A stretch of 64,000 bases of DNA, taken from NCBI GenBank assembly GCA_018676675.1, contig JABHEG010000296.1:14554-78553 (forward strand), written 5' to 3'. Below the pieces are notes generated by a model. The model was not told the DNA's origin and made no database searches. It saw nothing but the letters and a program-made list of their open reading frames with translations. Position numbers and translations under genes: made by a program. Shown piece by piece: positions 27,433 to 36,598 of the stretch (position 1 is its first letter; the number at the start of each line of letters is the position of its first letter). The DNA is from Lentisphaerota bacterium (GTDB taxonomy: Bacteria > Verrucomicrobiota > Lentisphaeria > Oligosphaerales > JABHEG01).

Positions 27433-27774
27433 TCAGCCGATGGCGTCTCCGCCGCGTTCTCTGGTCCTGATTCGAACGCACTCGGCCAGAGCGATGACGA
27501 AGATCTTCCCATCCCCGATCTGATCCGTCCGAGCTCCGGCGATGATCGCCTCGATCGTCGGCTCAACGAAGGCCTCGTTCACCGCAATCTCGACTCGGAC
27601 CTTCTTGAGGAGGTTGACCTCGAAATCGACCCCGCGGTAGGATTCGTGGTAACCCTTCTGCTGACCGCATCCCAGGGCGTTTGTGACCGAGATCTTGTAG
27701 ATTTCCTTCTCATACAGCGCCTGCTTGACCTGGTTGAGGCGCTCCGGCTGGATGTACGCGATGACGAGCTTCAT
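27433..27774 (-). CDS. glnK: P-II nitrogen regulatory protein
   Basis: AAGGAG SD. 113 aa, collinear with GlnB/GlnK (T-loop [26 protein letters not shown]). Directly downstream of amtB. Confidence 0.95.
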   Translation of the reverse strand: MKLVIAYIQPERLNQVKQALYEKEIYKISVTNALGCGQQKGYHESYRGVDFEVNLLKKVRVEIAVNEAFVEPTIEAIIAGARTDQIGDGKIFVIALAECVRIRTRERGGDAIG

Positions 27775-27853
27775 GATTCACTCCTTCACTGGTTCTTACT
27801 GGAAGATCGGCCGGCCGCAGTTGAGAAGCCGCCGGCCGCCCTGCCCTTGGTTT

Positions 27854-29185
27854 CTACTGGTTGGTGAAAATCTGGAAGCCGCAGTAGGCTTCGTTCCCGT
27901 GCTCGGATATATCGAGGCCGCGGAGCTCTTCCTCTTTGCTGGCCCGCAGGCCGACAGTGACCTTGATCAGGGTGAAGAGTATCATTCCAAGGCCAAACGC
28001 CCAGGCAAAGATTGCCCCGACCCCCAGCAACTGGGTCCCGACGCTTCCGCCCTCGACGTATCCAGGCGTGTTCGGAGTGTTGAAGACACCGGCCATGATT
28101 GTGCCGAATGCCCCGCAAACCCCGTGCACGCTGACCGCACCAACGGGATCGTCGACCTTTAGAACCTTGTCGATGAACTCAACCGAGAGTACAACGATGA
28201 TGCCGGCTAGGAAGCCGATGATGATCGCGTGTACGGGAGTCACGTTTGCGCAGCCTGCGGTGATCGCGACGAGACCGGCCAGAACACCGTTCAAGCTCAT
28301 CGAGACATCAGGTTTCTTGTAGCGGAACCAAGAGACGATCATGGCCCCAATGGCACCAGCTGCAGCGGCCAGGTTCGTGGTCATCGCGATGAAACCGATG
28401 GAGCTGTCACCAGTCGTGGTACTGCCGGGGTTGAAGCCAAACCAGCCGAACCACAGAATGAACACACCTAGAGCCGCGATCGGGATGTTGTGTCCGGGAA
28501 TGGCCTTCACGCTGCCGTCGGGGTTGCGCTTGCCGATTCTGGGGCCGAGCACGATAGCCCCCGCCAACGCAAGCCAGGCACCGCAACTGTGCACCACGGT
28601 CGAGCCGGCAAAGTCAATGAACGACTTCTTCTCAAGCCAGCCTTCGCCAATGCCGAACAGGCTGCCCCAAGCCCAATGGCCGCTAATGGGGTAGATGAAG
28701 GCGCAGATGATGGCACTGTAGCAGAGGTAGCCCGTGAACTTTGTTCGGCCTGCCATGGCTCCGGAAACGATGGTCGCCGCCGTACCAGCGAAGACACACT
28801 GGAATAGCCAGAAGGTCCAGTTGAGTTCGGAAGCACTGAAATCGCTGGCTGCGAAGTGGCTGCCACCGCAAAGGCCGCTGGCGCCGCCGCCGAACATCAA
28901 CCCGAAGCCAACCAGGAACCACATGATTGAGCCGACAGAGAAATCCATCAGGTTTTTCATCATGATGTTGCAGGCGTTCTTGGCCCGGGTGAAACCAGCC
29001 TCGACCATGGCGAAACCGGCTTGCATGAAGAACACCAGGAACGCAGCAACACAGGTCCACACGATGTTCAGGTTCGTCTGCACCTGAGTAGCCGGCTCAA
29101 CTGCCGCTTCCTCGGCGAAACCCGTGGCGGCCGCAGTCAGGGCGACCGCCGATACTCCTAGAATTCGCAACCATCTCGTCGTCAT
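27854..29185 (-). CDS. amtB: ammonium transporter
   Basis: AAGGAG SD. Signal peptide, FFMQAGFAMVEAGF, and an 11-TM Amt pattern (GSTVVH, FGWFGFNPGS, VHGVCGAFG). Confidence 0.95.
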   Translation of the reverse strand: MTTRWLRILGVSAVALTAAATGFAEEAAVEPATQVQTNLNIVWTCVAAFLVFFMQAGFAMVEAGFTRAKNACNIMMKNLMDFSVGSIMWFLVGFGLMFGGGASGLCGGSHFAASDFSASELNWTFWLFQCVFAGTAATIVSGAMAGRTKFTGYLCYSAIICAFIYPISGHWAWGSLFGIGEGWLEKKSFIDFAGSTVVHSCGAWLALAGAIVLGPRIGKRNPDGSVKAIPGHNIPIAALGVFILWFGWFGFNPGSTTTGDSSIGFIAMTTNLAAAAGAIGAMIVSWFRYKKPDVSMSLNGVLAGLVAITAGCANVTPVHAIIIGFLAGIIVVLSVEFIDKVLKVDDPVGAVSVHGVCGAFGTIMAGVFNTPNTPGYVEGGSVGTQLLGVGAIFAWAFGLGMILFTLIKVTVGLRASKEEELRGLDISEHGNEAYCGFQIFTNQ

Positions 29186-29280
29186 TTTCCTAGCTCCTTA
29201 TTTCGTCATCATCTCGTATCTACGTGGGGCTCGTGTTCAGTTCTGCAATGCTCACTGTCCGACCTCATCATCCGGACGGG

Positions 29281-29524
29281 TCAGAAGGAGAAAGCAACTC
29301 CGACTCCGCCGAAGAACACGTCGGGATCCGACCATGTCTGTTCCATGTTGTCCGAGATATCGCTGTCCACGCCATACATAGCGGGACATGGTGTCGGCTC
29401 CGGCTTCAACGGACACCTTCTCCCCGGCTTGCACGTTGCTGGTCAACGCCATTCCCAATACCAGTCCTGCGACACTAACTGCACGTGTGATGGTCGTCAT
29501 CATCTCGATTGCTTCCTTCTGCAT
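29281..29524 (-). pseudogene. collapsed or frameshifted porin-like (TorF/Gcw_chp-like) gene remnant upstream of amtB
   Basis: Signal peptide MMTTITRAVSVAGLVLGMALTSNVQA, then first strand GADTMSRYVWRG in one frame. The +1 frame, which has higher GC3, continues DSDISDNMEQTWSDPDVFFGGVGVAFSF* with an OMP-type C-terminal Phe. Even if repaired, the mature part is only about 48 aa. Confidence 0.4.
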
Positions 29525-29640
29525 TCCGTCGTTCTGTCTCGTTCGTGCGCTCGGACGTTCTTGCCAGTCACAACCGGTGTTGCTTAGGCTGACGCCGTTT
29601 CTCTCACTACATACCGTGGCCATGGTATGGCGCCCTCCAG

Positions 29641-29656
29641 TGCAGGACTGATGCCA
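29641..29656 (-). promoter_or_regulatory. sigma-54 (-24/-12) promoter
   Basis: Minus strand TGGCATCAGTCCTGCA gives GG-N10-GC with exact consensus spacing (TGGCAC-N5-TTGCA). About 105 nt upstream of the porin-like/amtB/glnK transcription unit and downstream of a sigma-54 activator gene. Confidence 0.6.
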
Positions 29657-30140
29657 GACGCATCGAACCTACCTTATCCAACAGCGTCGCAATAGGTTAA
29701 CCTCACCCGGCGAGTGTTTTTCGTATCGCGCCATGTGATACATATATGAACCCGCAATGCACTCGCGATTCATTTATGTGCCCAATAGGGAAAAGGAGAT
29801 CAGAGGAGGAGTACATGGACGATCGAGCGTTACCGAGAGCAGGGAGATGAGCGGAGAGAGGCAGGTAAAGAGGATCGCATCAATATGTATAGTCGCTCAG
29901 GACGCCCCAACTGTGCCATCGGGAGCGCTTGAACTGCAACGCAAGAGCGCTCACGCGGACCACAGAGCAATGGAGTGAGTACGTGTCGACACACTCAGGG
30001 GATGGTTGAACACGCAGGCCAGGTGGCATTCGGAGGCGGGCGGATCAGCTGCGTCAACGGAACTCAGTGCCAACGTTCCGGAGAGGAGAAACTGTGTTGA
30101 CTGAGCTCAGCAAGGCCCTCAATAGGTGCGCTGCGGATGC

Positions 30141-31562
30141 TCAGCGGAACGCACGCGGATCCAGATCGGCGTCCCGGAGTATTTTGTAGAAAGCCTTGCG
30201 TGACATGGCCGCGTGGCGGGCCGCGTGGCTGACATTCCCTTCGTAAACAGTCAGGACCTGGGAGCAATACTCCCGTTTCCTCTCCTGGAGGTAAGATTGC
30301 CAGTCCTCAAGCTTCTCAACCACTGACGACGGGCTGCTCAGAACATATCCCATTCCCTCAGCAGCACGCACTCCCTCCGGCAGGTCGGCAAGCTGGATTG
30401 TTGTGTTCCCGGTCAAGCTGACCGCCCGCTCAATGGCGTTGCGGAGTTCCCGAACATTGCCCGGCCACGGATAGGCCTGCATACAGGCCATCGCTTGCTC
30501 TGATATTCCCGTCACATCCGGGAAGTCGGATGCCAGTTCGTCCAGGAAATGGAACGCCAACTCCGGAATGTCCTCGCCGCGTTCCCGCAAAGGTGGAAGC
30601 TCAATCGGGATCACATTCAGGCGGTAAAAAAGATCCTGTCGGAAGCGCCCTTCGCTGACCTCTCTGCTGAGATCGCAATTCGTCGCCGATATGATCCGTA
30701 TGTCGACCTCAACTTCTTTTCCGGCCCCGACCGGGATGAAGCTGCGTTCCTGGATCACCCGGAGCAATTTTGGCTGCAGATGCAAGGGCATCTCGCCAAT
30801 CTCGTCAAAGAACACCGTCCCGCCATCGGACGCCCCAATCAGGCCTTGGAAGTCGGACGTCGCTCCGGTGAAAGCGCCACGGCGATGCCCAAACAACACC
30901 GACTCGATCAGGGCCTCAGGAATGGCAGCGCAGTTCACCACATTCAGACGGTTTTCCTTGCGCGGGCTCAGGCTGTGGATCGCCCGGGCGACCTCTTCTT
31001 TCCCTGTTCCACTCTCCCCGGTCAACAGAATGCTCATCCCCGTTCCGGCCGCTTGAGCGATGACTCGATACACAGCCAGCATGGCGCGGCTCTGGCCCAC
31101 AAGATTGGCGAAGGTCGGAGGGCGCTCAACCTGGCGGGTCAGCTTCCTGGTCAGTGCCAGCAAGCGCCGCTGCTCAAGGGCCCGAGCGACAGAAAGCCGT
31201 AATTCCTGGCTGTCCACAGGCTTGCAGAGGAAGTCAAACGCTCCCCGGCGAGTGGCCTCTACGGCCAGGTTAACGTCTGAGTGCGCGGTCACCACGATGG
31301 TGGACAGATTGGGGAATCTCTCTCCCACGGCCGACAACAGCGTCAGACCATCGACGTTCGGCATGCGCACATCGCTCAGGAGAAGGTCGCAGGGGCCCTC
31401 GTCAAGAAGACGCAGTGCTTCGCCGCCGTCCGCTGCCCCTCGACACACGTACCCTTCCTCCTGCAGCATCTCAATATAGACGGCACGAACGAGCGGCTCG
31501 TCGTCGGCCACGAGAATCTGAACAGGCTTATTGGTACTTGTCGTTGTCGGCATCGTTGTCAC
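30141..31562 (-). CDS. sigma-54-dependent response regulator (NtrC family: REC-AAA+-Fis HTH)
   Basis: REC (ILVADDE...LLLSDVRMP), Walker A LLTGESGTGKE, GAFTGA loop (HRRGAFTGA), WPGNVRELRN, and C-terminal HTH GNVSHAARHAAMSRKAFYKIL. Confidence 0.9.
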   Translation of the reverse strand: MTTMPTTTSTNKPVQILVADDEPLVRAVYIEMLQEEGYVCRGAADGGEALRLLDEGPCDLLLSDVRMPNVDGLTLLSAVGERFPNLSTIVVTAHSDVNLAVEATRRGAFDFLCKPVDSQELRLSVARALEQRRLLALTRKLTRQVERPPTFANLVGQSRAMLAVYRVIAQAAGTGMSILLTGESGTGKEEVARAIHSLSPRKENRLNVVNCAAIPEALIESVLFGHRRGAFTGATSDFQGLIGASDGGTVFFDEIGEMPLHLQPKLLRVIQERSFIPVGAGKEVEVDIRIISATNCDLSREVSEGRFRQDLFYRLNVIPIELPPLRERGEDIPELAFHFLDELASDFPDVTGISEQAMACMQAYPWPGNVRELRNAIERAVSLTGNTTIQLADLPEGVRAAEGMGYVLSSPSSVVEKLEDWQSYLQERKREYCSQVLTVYEGNVSHAARHAAMSRKAFYKILRDADLDPRAFR

Positions 31563-31705
31563 AGCTTCAGGAACGCCCCTCCCGGCCGCGTCGGTGTCCC
31601 GGGCTCATCCGGCGCCTGCTGCCCACCCCCGCTTGAGAACACCGCCCCTCCTCCGTACCACGCTTCCACAATAGAGCGTGCTCCGCTCGGGATCAACCAG
31701 CTCTG

Positions 31706-33607
31706 TCACCATGTGCAGGACACCGCCAGGCTGCCTCTGCGTTCTGTCGGGGGCTGTCCGGGGAACGTCTCGAACGTGTCATCCCACAGATTGTCGAGGC
31801 TTGCGGTTACAAGGAGCGATGGCGTGCGAGGGGGGCGGAACTGAACGGCGATGGTGCCGTCTGTACCCGTTCGATCGCTTGTGCGAACCGGATTATCGGC
31901 ATACAGGTGGGCAGACTGGGTGGCGATGAGGCGGCACCACTGCGTCACGGCCCATTCGCCAGTCAGGCGAATCTCATGTTCGGGATAGTCAAGAACATAT
32001 CTGCTCGCAAACACGTCTGACCGCGAACGTTTGTGCAGGTATGTGTAGGCGAACGCCATCCGTAGCGTGGCACTCACGGGGAACTCCGCCCGTGCTCCAG
32101 CCCCCATGATACGTAGTCGGCGCAGGTTGACCGCCTGCCAGCGGCTGCTTGGGGTGTCTTTGATCCAGTCAACAGCATTGTGCTCCCGCCGACTGAACGC
32201 GCCAATGCGCCAGTTCCCTCCTTGTTCCCAACGCCCGTCCCAGGCCACGTCCCATTGAGCGCTTTCCTGTCTCTCCAGACCTGAATCGCCAAGACTCCCC
32301 GGGGAATCGTAGGCGAGCTCCGTGTAGGAAGGAAGTCGCACCCCACGGGTGTAGGCCAGCGAGAGCACATGTGCTCCGGCGGGAGTATACGTAACTCCGA
32401 AGGCTGGAAGAACCGCAGGGCGGTCTTCAGAAAAGAACAGGAATCGACTCCCTCCTGCAAAGGACCAGCGGCCCCATCTCAACTCGGGCAGGACCATTCC
32501 CCCTCCTCGCTGACGGTCGTGTTTCCCAAGGCCAGTGCTCGAAATCGTTCCGCGGTAAGCACTGTCCAGACGTTCATCTTCCGCTTCCAGTCGCCACGTG
32601 AGCGACAGTGGTTCAGCGTGGCCAAAACCCCCGCCAACGGCTGATGAAAGAACGTCTGATCGATGGCGATTTCGATACAATTCAGGGCGTTCTTCGTCCA
32701 GCAGATAGAGGTCGCGGAACTGCCTGTACAGAAGGCTGGCCCGTCGGATGGGAGCCCCCTCCTCCCCGTTCCTCCACGTGGCCAGAACCAGTGTGTCACG
32801 AATCGTCTCTTGAGCGGGAAGGCTGGCTGGCGCTCCATAGTAACCCCGGGCTCCAAAGTCGCGGTATTGGGTTCCGAAGACCAGATCAGCCTGGCTCTCC
32901 GACATCCGCAACTGTAGCTGTCCTCCTCCGGACCATCGTCGGAAGCTGTTGTCGGAGTAGTCAAAACCGTTTGCCGTCTCTCTTCCTCCGAACACCCCCA
33001 AGCCAAAACTCCGAATCCCCTCGCTCTCCCCGAACGTCTCCTGCCACAGCCCTTCTTGCCAGGAATGCCCACGCCCCCCCTGCCCCCAGTCCAGGCGCCC
33101 CCCTGAAGCAACTGGAGCCAAGGCGAGCTCCACACTCCCGACCAGATGTCCAGTGCCACCTCGAACCTGATTGAGCCCGGTCGACACGACCGGCTCCTCA
33201 AAGAGCTGCCAGGGAAGCGGAACGTCGGCATGGAAGTGCTCTGTCTGCGGATTCCGCAGCCCCAGGCCGGCCAACGACAGTCCTGCTCCGCTGAAGCTGC
33301 TCCCTTCGACCTGAAGATCGGCCTGTCCACCGACGCCCTGCCCCTGAAGTCGAAGCCCCGTTACCTGGCGCAACCAGGTCAGAGCAGCTTGCCTCGAGGT
33401 CGTGATCGTGCGTGCATCCCCAACGACGGGGGCCTCAACAAGCATGGAGGGGAGTTGACGCACAGGCCCGATCTCACCGCCTCCGACGGTCTGAAAGAAG
33501 GCCAGGTACAGAAGGCATCCCACCCCGGCGGCAGAGAGTCGTCGATCGAGGTTGTGATAGCGGGAAGTCGTCACGCGGGACGAATCAATAGTCGAGAATG
33601 TGGACAT
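31706..33607 (-). CDS. TonB-dependent outer-membrane receptor (BtuB-sized)
   Basis: TonB-box-like SMLVEAPVV, a plug-like region, repetitive beta-strand pattern, and C-terminal NLWDDTFETFPGQPPTERRGSLAVSCTW ending in an aromatic residue. The start (ATG 33607) overlaps the birA stop and is uncertain. Confidence 0.8.
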   Translation of the reverse strand: MSTFSTIDSSRVTTSRYHNLDRRLSAAGVGCLLYLAFFQTVGGGEIGPVRQLPSMLVEAPVVGDARTITTSRQAALTWLRQVTGLRLQGQGVGGQADLQVEGSSFSGAGLSLAGLGLRNPQTEHFHADVPLPWQLFEEPVVSTGLNQVRGGTGHLVGSVELALAPVASGGRLDWGQGGRGHSWQEGLWQETFGESEGIRSFGLGVFGGRETANGFDYSDNSFRRWSGGGQLQLRMSESQADLVFGTQYRDFGARGYYGAPASLPAQETIRDTLVLATWRNGEEGAPIRRASLLYRQFRDLYLLDEERPELYRNRHRSDVLSSAVGGGFGHAEPLSLTWRLEAEDERLDSAYRGTISSTGLGKHDRQRGGGMVLPELRWGRWSFAGGSRFLFFSEDRPAVLPAFGVTYTPAGAHVLSLAYTRGVRLPSYTELAYDSPGSLGDSGLERQESAQWDVAWDGRWEQGGNWRIGAFSRREHNAVDWIKDTPSSRWQAVNLRRLRIMGAGARAEFPVSATLRMAFAYTYLHKRSRSDVFASRYVLDYPEHEIRLTGEWAVTQWCRLIATQSAHLYADNPVRTSDRTGTDGTIAVQFRPPRTPSLLVTASLDNLWDDTFETFPGQPPTERRGSLAVSCTW

Positions 33608-34565
33608 CCCCACACAACACCTCACGCAATTGACCATCAGTCAGTCGGAGCAGAAGAGCCCCGTCGGGAGACAAGTCCTCAGCGATCCCCTCAAGTGTTT
33701 CGCTCAACTGAGTCAAGGCGACGTGCCGCCCCAGGAGCGTTGAGTAGTCTCTGAGTTCAGGCAGGAAAGGGGCAAGACCATCGCTGCGCCACACGTCGTA
33801 AGCCGACTCAAGATCGTTGAGAAAAGTGCCGAGAAGGCGACTCCGGCGGACCTCGTGACCGACGGCAGTGCAAAGAGAAGTGGCCTGATCGCCAATCTCG
33901 GGGGGGAAATCCTCCAGGGAAGTGTTGACGTTCACCCCCACACCGACCACCAAGTGCTTGACTCGGTCCATATCTGCCCCCATCTCACAGAGAATTCCCC
34001 CGACTTTCCGACCTGCGATCAGCACGTCGTTGGGCCACTTGATCGATATATCGGGGCAAGGAGCAGACGTCTGGATCGCCCTGCGGAGCACCACAGCTGT
34101 TACAAGAGCCATCTGGGGAGCCTGGCCCGGGGCGACTTCCGGCCGGAGGACGACAGACACGTGAAGGTTGGATGAAGGAGGGGAGAACCACACCCGACTC
34201 AAGCGTCCTCTCCCTCCAGATTGGGCATCCGCGACCACAACCGCCCCCTCTGGACACCCCTCATTCGCGAGCCGGGATGCAACGGCATTGGTGGACACCG
34301 TCTCCTCCAGAAAACGGTAGTCCCGCCCAAACCTGTCCGTCTGCAGCCTGGGTATGACTTCTTCAGGCACGAGAAGGTCTGGTGAGCTGTCCAGCCGATG
34401 TCCGCGATGGCGAACCGAGGTGATGCAATACCCACGTTCCCGGAGCTTATTGACGTGTTTCCAGACCGCGGTTCGAGAAACGCCAAGCTCCTCGCACAGA
34501 AGAGTCCCGGAGACGAAGTCGCCGGATTGTCGAAGGATGGTTAGAATCCGCTCGGTCTTGCCCAT
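33585..34565 (-). CDS. birA: bifunctional biotin-[acetyl-CoA-carboxylase] ligase / biotin operon repressor
   Basis: N-terminal wHTH (GTLLCEELGVSRTAVWKHVNKLRERGY), ligase motif GGRGRLSRVWFSPP, and KWPNDVL. Confidence 0.9.
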   Translation of the reverse strand: MGKTERILTILRQSGDFVSGTLLCEELGVSRTAVWKHVNKLRERGYCITSVRHRGHRLDSSPDLLVPEEVIPRLQTDRFGRDYRFLEETVSTNAVASRLANEGCPEGAVVVADAQSGGRGRLSRVWFSPPSSNLHVSVVLRPEVAPGQAPQMALVTAVVLRRAIQTSAPCPDISIKWPNDVLIAGRKVGGILCEMGADMDRVKHLVVGVGVNVNTSLEDFPPEIGDQATSLCTAVGHEVRRSRLLGTFLNDLESAYDVWRSDGLAPFLPELRDYSTLLGRHVALTQLSETLEGIAEDLSPDGALLLRLTDGQLREVLCGDVHILDY

Positions 34566-34662
34566 GCAACAACTCCAATGGGGGACTTTGATCCGCCGCC
34601 AGGAAGACGTGCAACCATTACGTCATGCCTCCGAGCCAGCTGAAACTAGCCGAGCAATCCGC

Positions 34663-34696
34663 ATTGTCAACCCGAGAGGAGGATATGGTTGACAAT
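34663..34696. promoter_or_regulatory. BirA operator (bioO-like inverted repeat)
   Basis: Perfect inverted repeat ATTGTCAACC-N14-GGTTGACAAT, about 100 nt upstream of birA. It differs by one base per half-site from E. coli bioO (TTGTAAACC...GGTTTACAA). The TTGACA within it can serve as a -35. Confidence 0.65.
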
Positions 34697-34883
34697 GGCC
34701 AATTCCCACTCCCTGCCGAGAAAGTGGGACGGACGGATTGGACTTGAGTCCGCAACGTCGCCTGCCCCCCCTTGGTCATGTATAGTTAGATCAGCTCGCC
34801 CTCCTTCCCCGGGAAGGGCCTCCCTTTGCCCAAGAGGCACCGCCGCAGCCGAGGGGGCGTGCAAGGTTCACAACCACAAGGCA

Positions 34884-35789
34884 ATGGGTATGGATAACGC
34901 AACCAATCCCGGATCATGGCGCGAACTCTATCCTTTCGAATCCCATTTCGCGGACATCGAGGGACACCGGATTCACTACGTCGATGAGGGCCGAGGAACA
35001 CCTGTCGTGATGGTCCATGGCAACCCAACGTGGTCCTTCTACTACCGGAATCTCGTGCGTGACCTCAGCGCGACACACCGGGCTATCGCCGTCGATCACA
35101 TGGGATGCGGGTTGTCAGATAAGCCTCAGGATTATCCCTACCGATTGCGGCGCCATATCGACAATCTGGAATGCCTCATGGATCACGTGCTCGGGGGCGA
35201 GAAACTGAGCCTGATTGTCCATGACTGGGGCGGGGCAATCGGTATGGGCTACGCAGTGAGACACCCGGAACGGATCGAGAGGATTGTGGTGCTGAATACC
35301 GCCGCTTTCCTAGTGGACAGGTGTCCGTTGAGGATCCGTCTCTGCCGTGCTCCCATCCTCGGTCCTCTTCTCCTGCGGGGGCTGAACGGATTTGCCCAGG
35401 CTGCCATTAAGATGGCAGTTGCCAAAGGGCGCCGCCTCGCCCCCCTTGTTCGTGCCGGGCTGCTCGCACCCTATGACAGCTACGCGAACCGGATCGCTCA
35501 ACTGCGCTTCGTGCAAGACATACCTCTGTCCCCAAAGCACCCGACTTGGGACACCATGGTGGAGATCGAGAAAGGCCTTCCTCAGTTGGCACGGAAACCG
35601 ATGCTGATCGGCTGGGGAACTCAGGATTTTTGCTTCAACGACAGGTTCCTCAAGGAGTGGCAGGCCCGTTTTCCCGAAGCAAGCGTCCATGCCTTTGAAG
35701 ATGCCGGTCACTACGTCCTGGAGGACGCATACGACCGAATCGGACCACTTGTCACTCAGTTCCTGAAACCGGACGCAATCGTTTCGTAG
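34884..35789 (+). CDS. alpha/beta hydrolase, haloalkane-dehalogenase-like subfamily (Asp nucleophile)
   Basis: IHYVDEGRGTPVVMVHGNPTWSFYYRN and nucleophile elbow LIVHDWGGAIGMGYA. Start moved to the ATG at 34884. Confidence 0.85.
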   Translation: MGMDNATNPGSWRELYPFESHFADIEGHRIHYVDEGRGTPVVMVHGNPTWSFYYRNLVRDLSATHRAIAVDHMGCGLSDKPQDYPYRLRRHIDNLECLMDHVLGGEKLSLIVHDWGGAIGMGYAVRHPERIERIVVLNTAAFLVDRCPLRIRLCRAPILGPLLLRGLNGFAQAAIKMAVAKGRRLAPLVRAGLLAPYDSYANRIAQLRFVQDIPLSPKHPTWDTMVEIEKGLPQLARKPMLIGWGTQDFCFNDRFLKEWQARFPEASVHAFEDAGHYVLEDAYDRIGPLVTQFLKPDAIVS

Positions 35790-35808
35790 CCAAATCGGGG
35801 ACGGCATC

Positions 35809-36450
35809 ATGCGAACTGGGAAAATTGCAGCTTGCGCGGTTGGACTATTCGTTCTCGCGTTCCTGGCTCTCAAGGGCCCTGGAATCAACGGTTGGACGAT
35901 TCATAATTTCCCCGTGACAGACGACCGGGTGTTCTGCTTCGGCGACAGCTTGGTTGTCGGCATTGGAGTAAACAGAGCAACGGGCAGCTACCCGAGCCAA
36001 CTGAAGAACCTGCTCCCGCGCGGGACCACGGTCGCTGCTCTCGGTGAGACAGGAAGAACCGCCGATCAAGCTCTCACTTACCTCGATCACGATCAGCTTA
36101 TGACAGGCGGCACGGCGATCGTCACCCTCGGGGGCAATGACATCCTCAAGAAAGTGCCCTGGTCCAGGACTGAAGCTGCTCTTGAGGAGCTCTTCCTGCG
36201 CCTGCAGGACCGTGGAATGATGGTGGTATTTACGGCCGTGCGCGGTCCTCTGGGGGCCGAACGAAGCCGCGAATGTGTGGCGCTCTGCCGCCGAACCGGG
36301 GTCGTCCTCGTTCCTGACATCCTCGACGGCATCATCAACAAGCCTGAGTTGATGTCTGACGCGGTACACCCGAACACCGATGGCTACCGCCTGATGGCAG
36401 AGAAGATCTTTGATGTGGCCGGCTTCTTCATCACCAACCGCCCTGAATAG
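35809..36450 (+). CDS. SGNH/GDSL hydrolase (arylesterase-like), membrane-anchored or secreted
   Basis: N-terminal hydrophobic segment. Block I FCFGDSLVVG, block III TLGGND, block V DAVHPNTDGY. Confidence 0.85.
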   Translation: MRTGKIAACAVGLFVLAFLALKGPGINGWTIHNFPVTDDRVFCFGDSLVVGIGVNRATGSYPSQLKNLLPRGTTVAALGETGRTADQALTYLDHDQLMTGGTAIVTLGGNDILKKVPWSRTEAALEELFLRLQDRGMMVVFTAVRGPLGAERSRECVALCRRTGVVLVPDILDGIINKPELMSDAVHPNTDGYRLMAEKIFDVAGFFITNRPE

Positions 36451-36598
36451 ACGATCCTTGCCCGATAGGCCCTGGTGTGGCATATTCTGACGTCGTCCAT
36501 GGGGATGTCTGAGGCATCAGGACAAGCCCGTCGTGCTCTGCCCTTCTGCTTCCAGGCCATCTCACAAATCAGCGTTCCCCAAGGCACGCCACAACAAC

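Noticed and set aside
27157-27867. 236-aa plus-strand ORF spanning the thyX-glnK gap
   Set aside because: It runs through the GAF-fragment region in a non-matching frame and then antisense across glnK. It has no motifs and poor third-position GC.
29757-29978. 73-aa ORF (and an 11-codon ORF behind a strong AGGAGG) in the spacer upstream of the sigma-54 promoter
   Set aside because: Third-position GC is near 50 percent, well below that of real genes here, and the ORF is not recognisable. The purine-rich stretch may be regulatory DNA instead.
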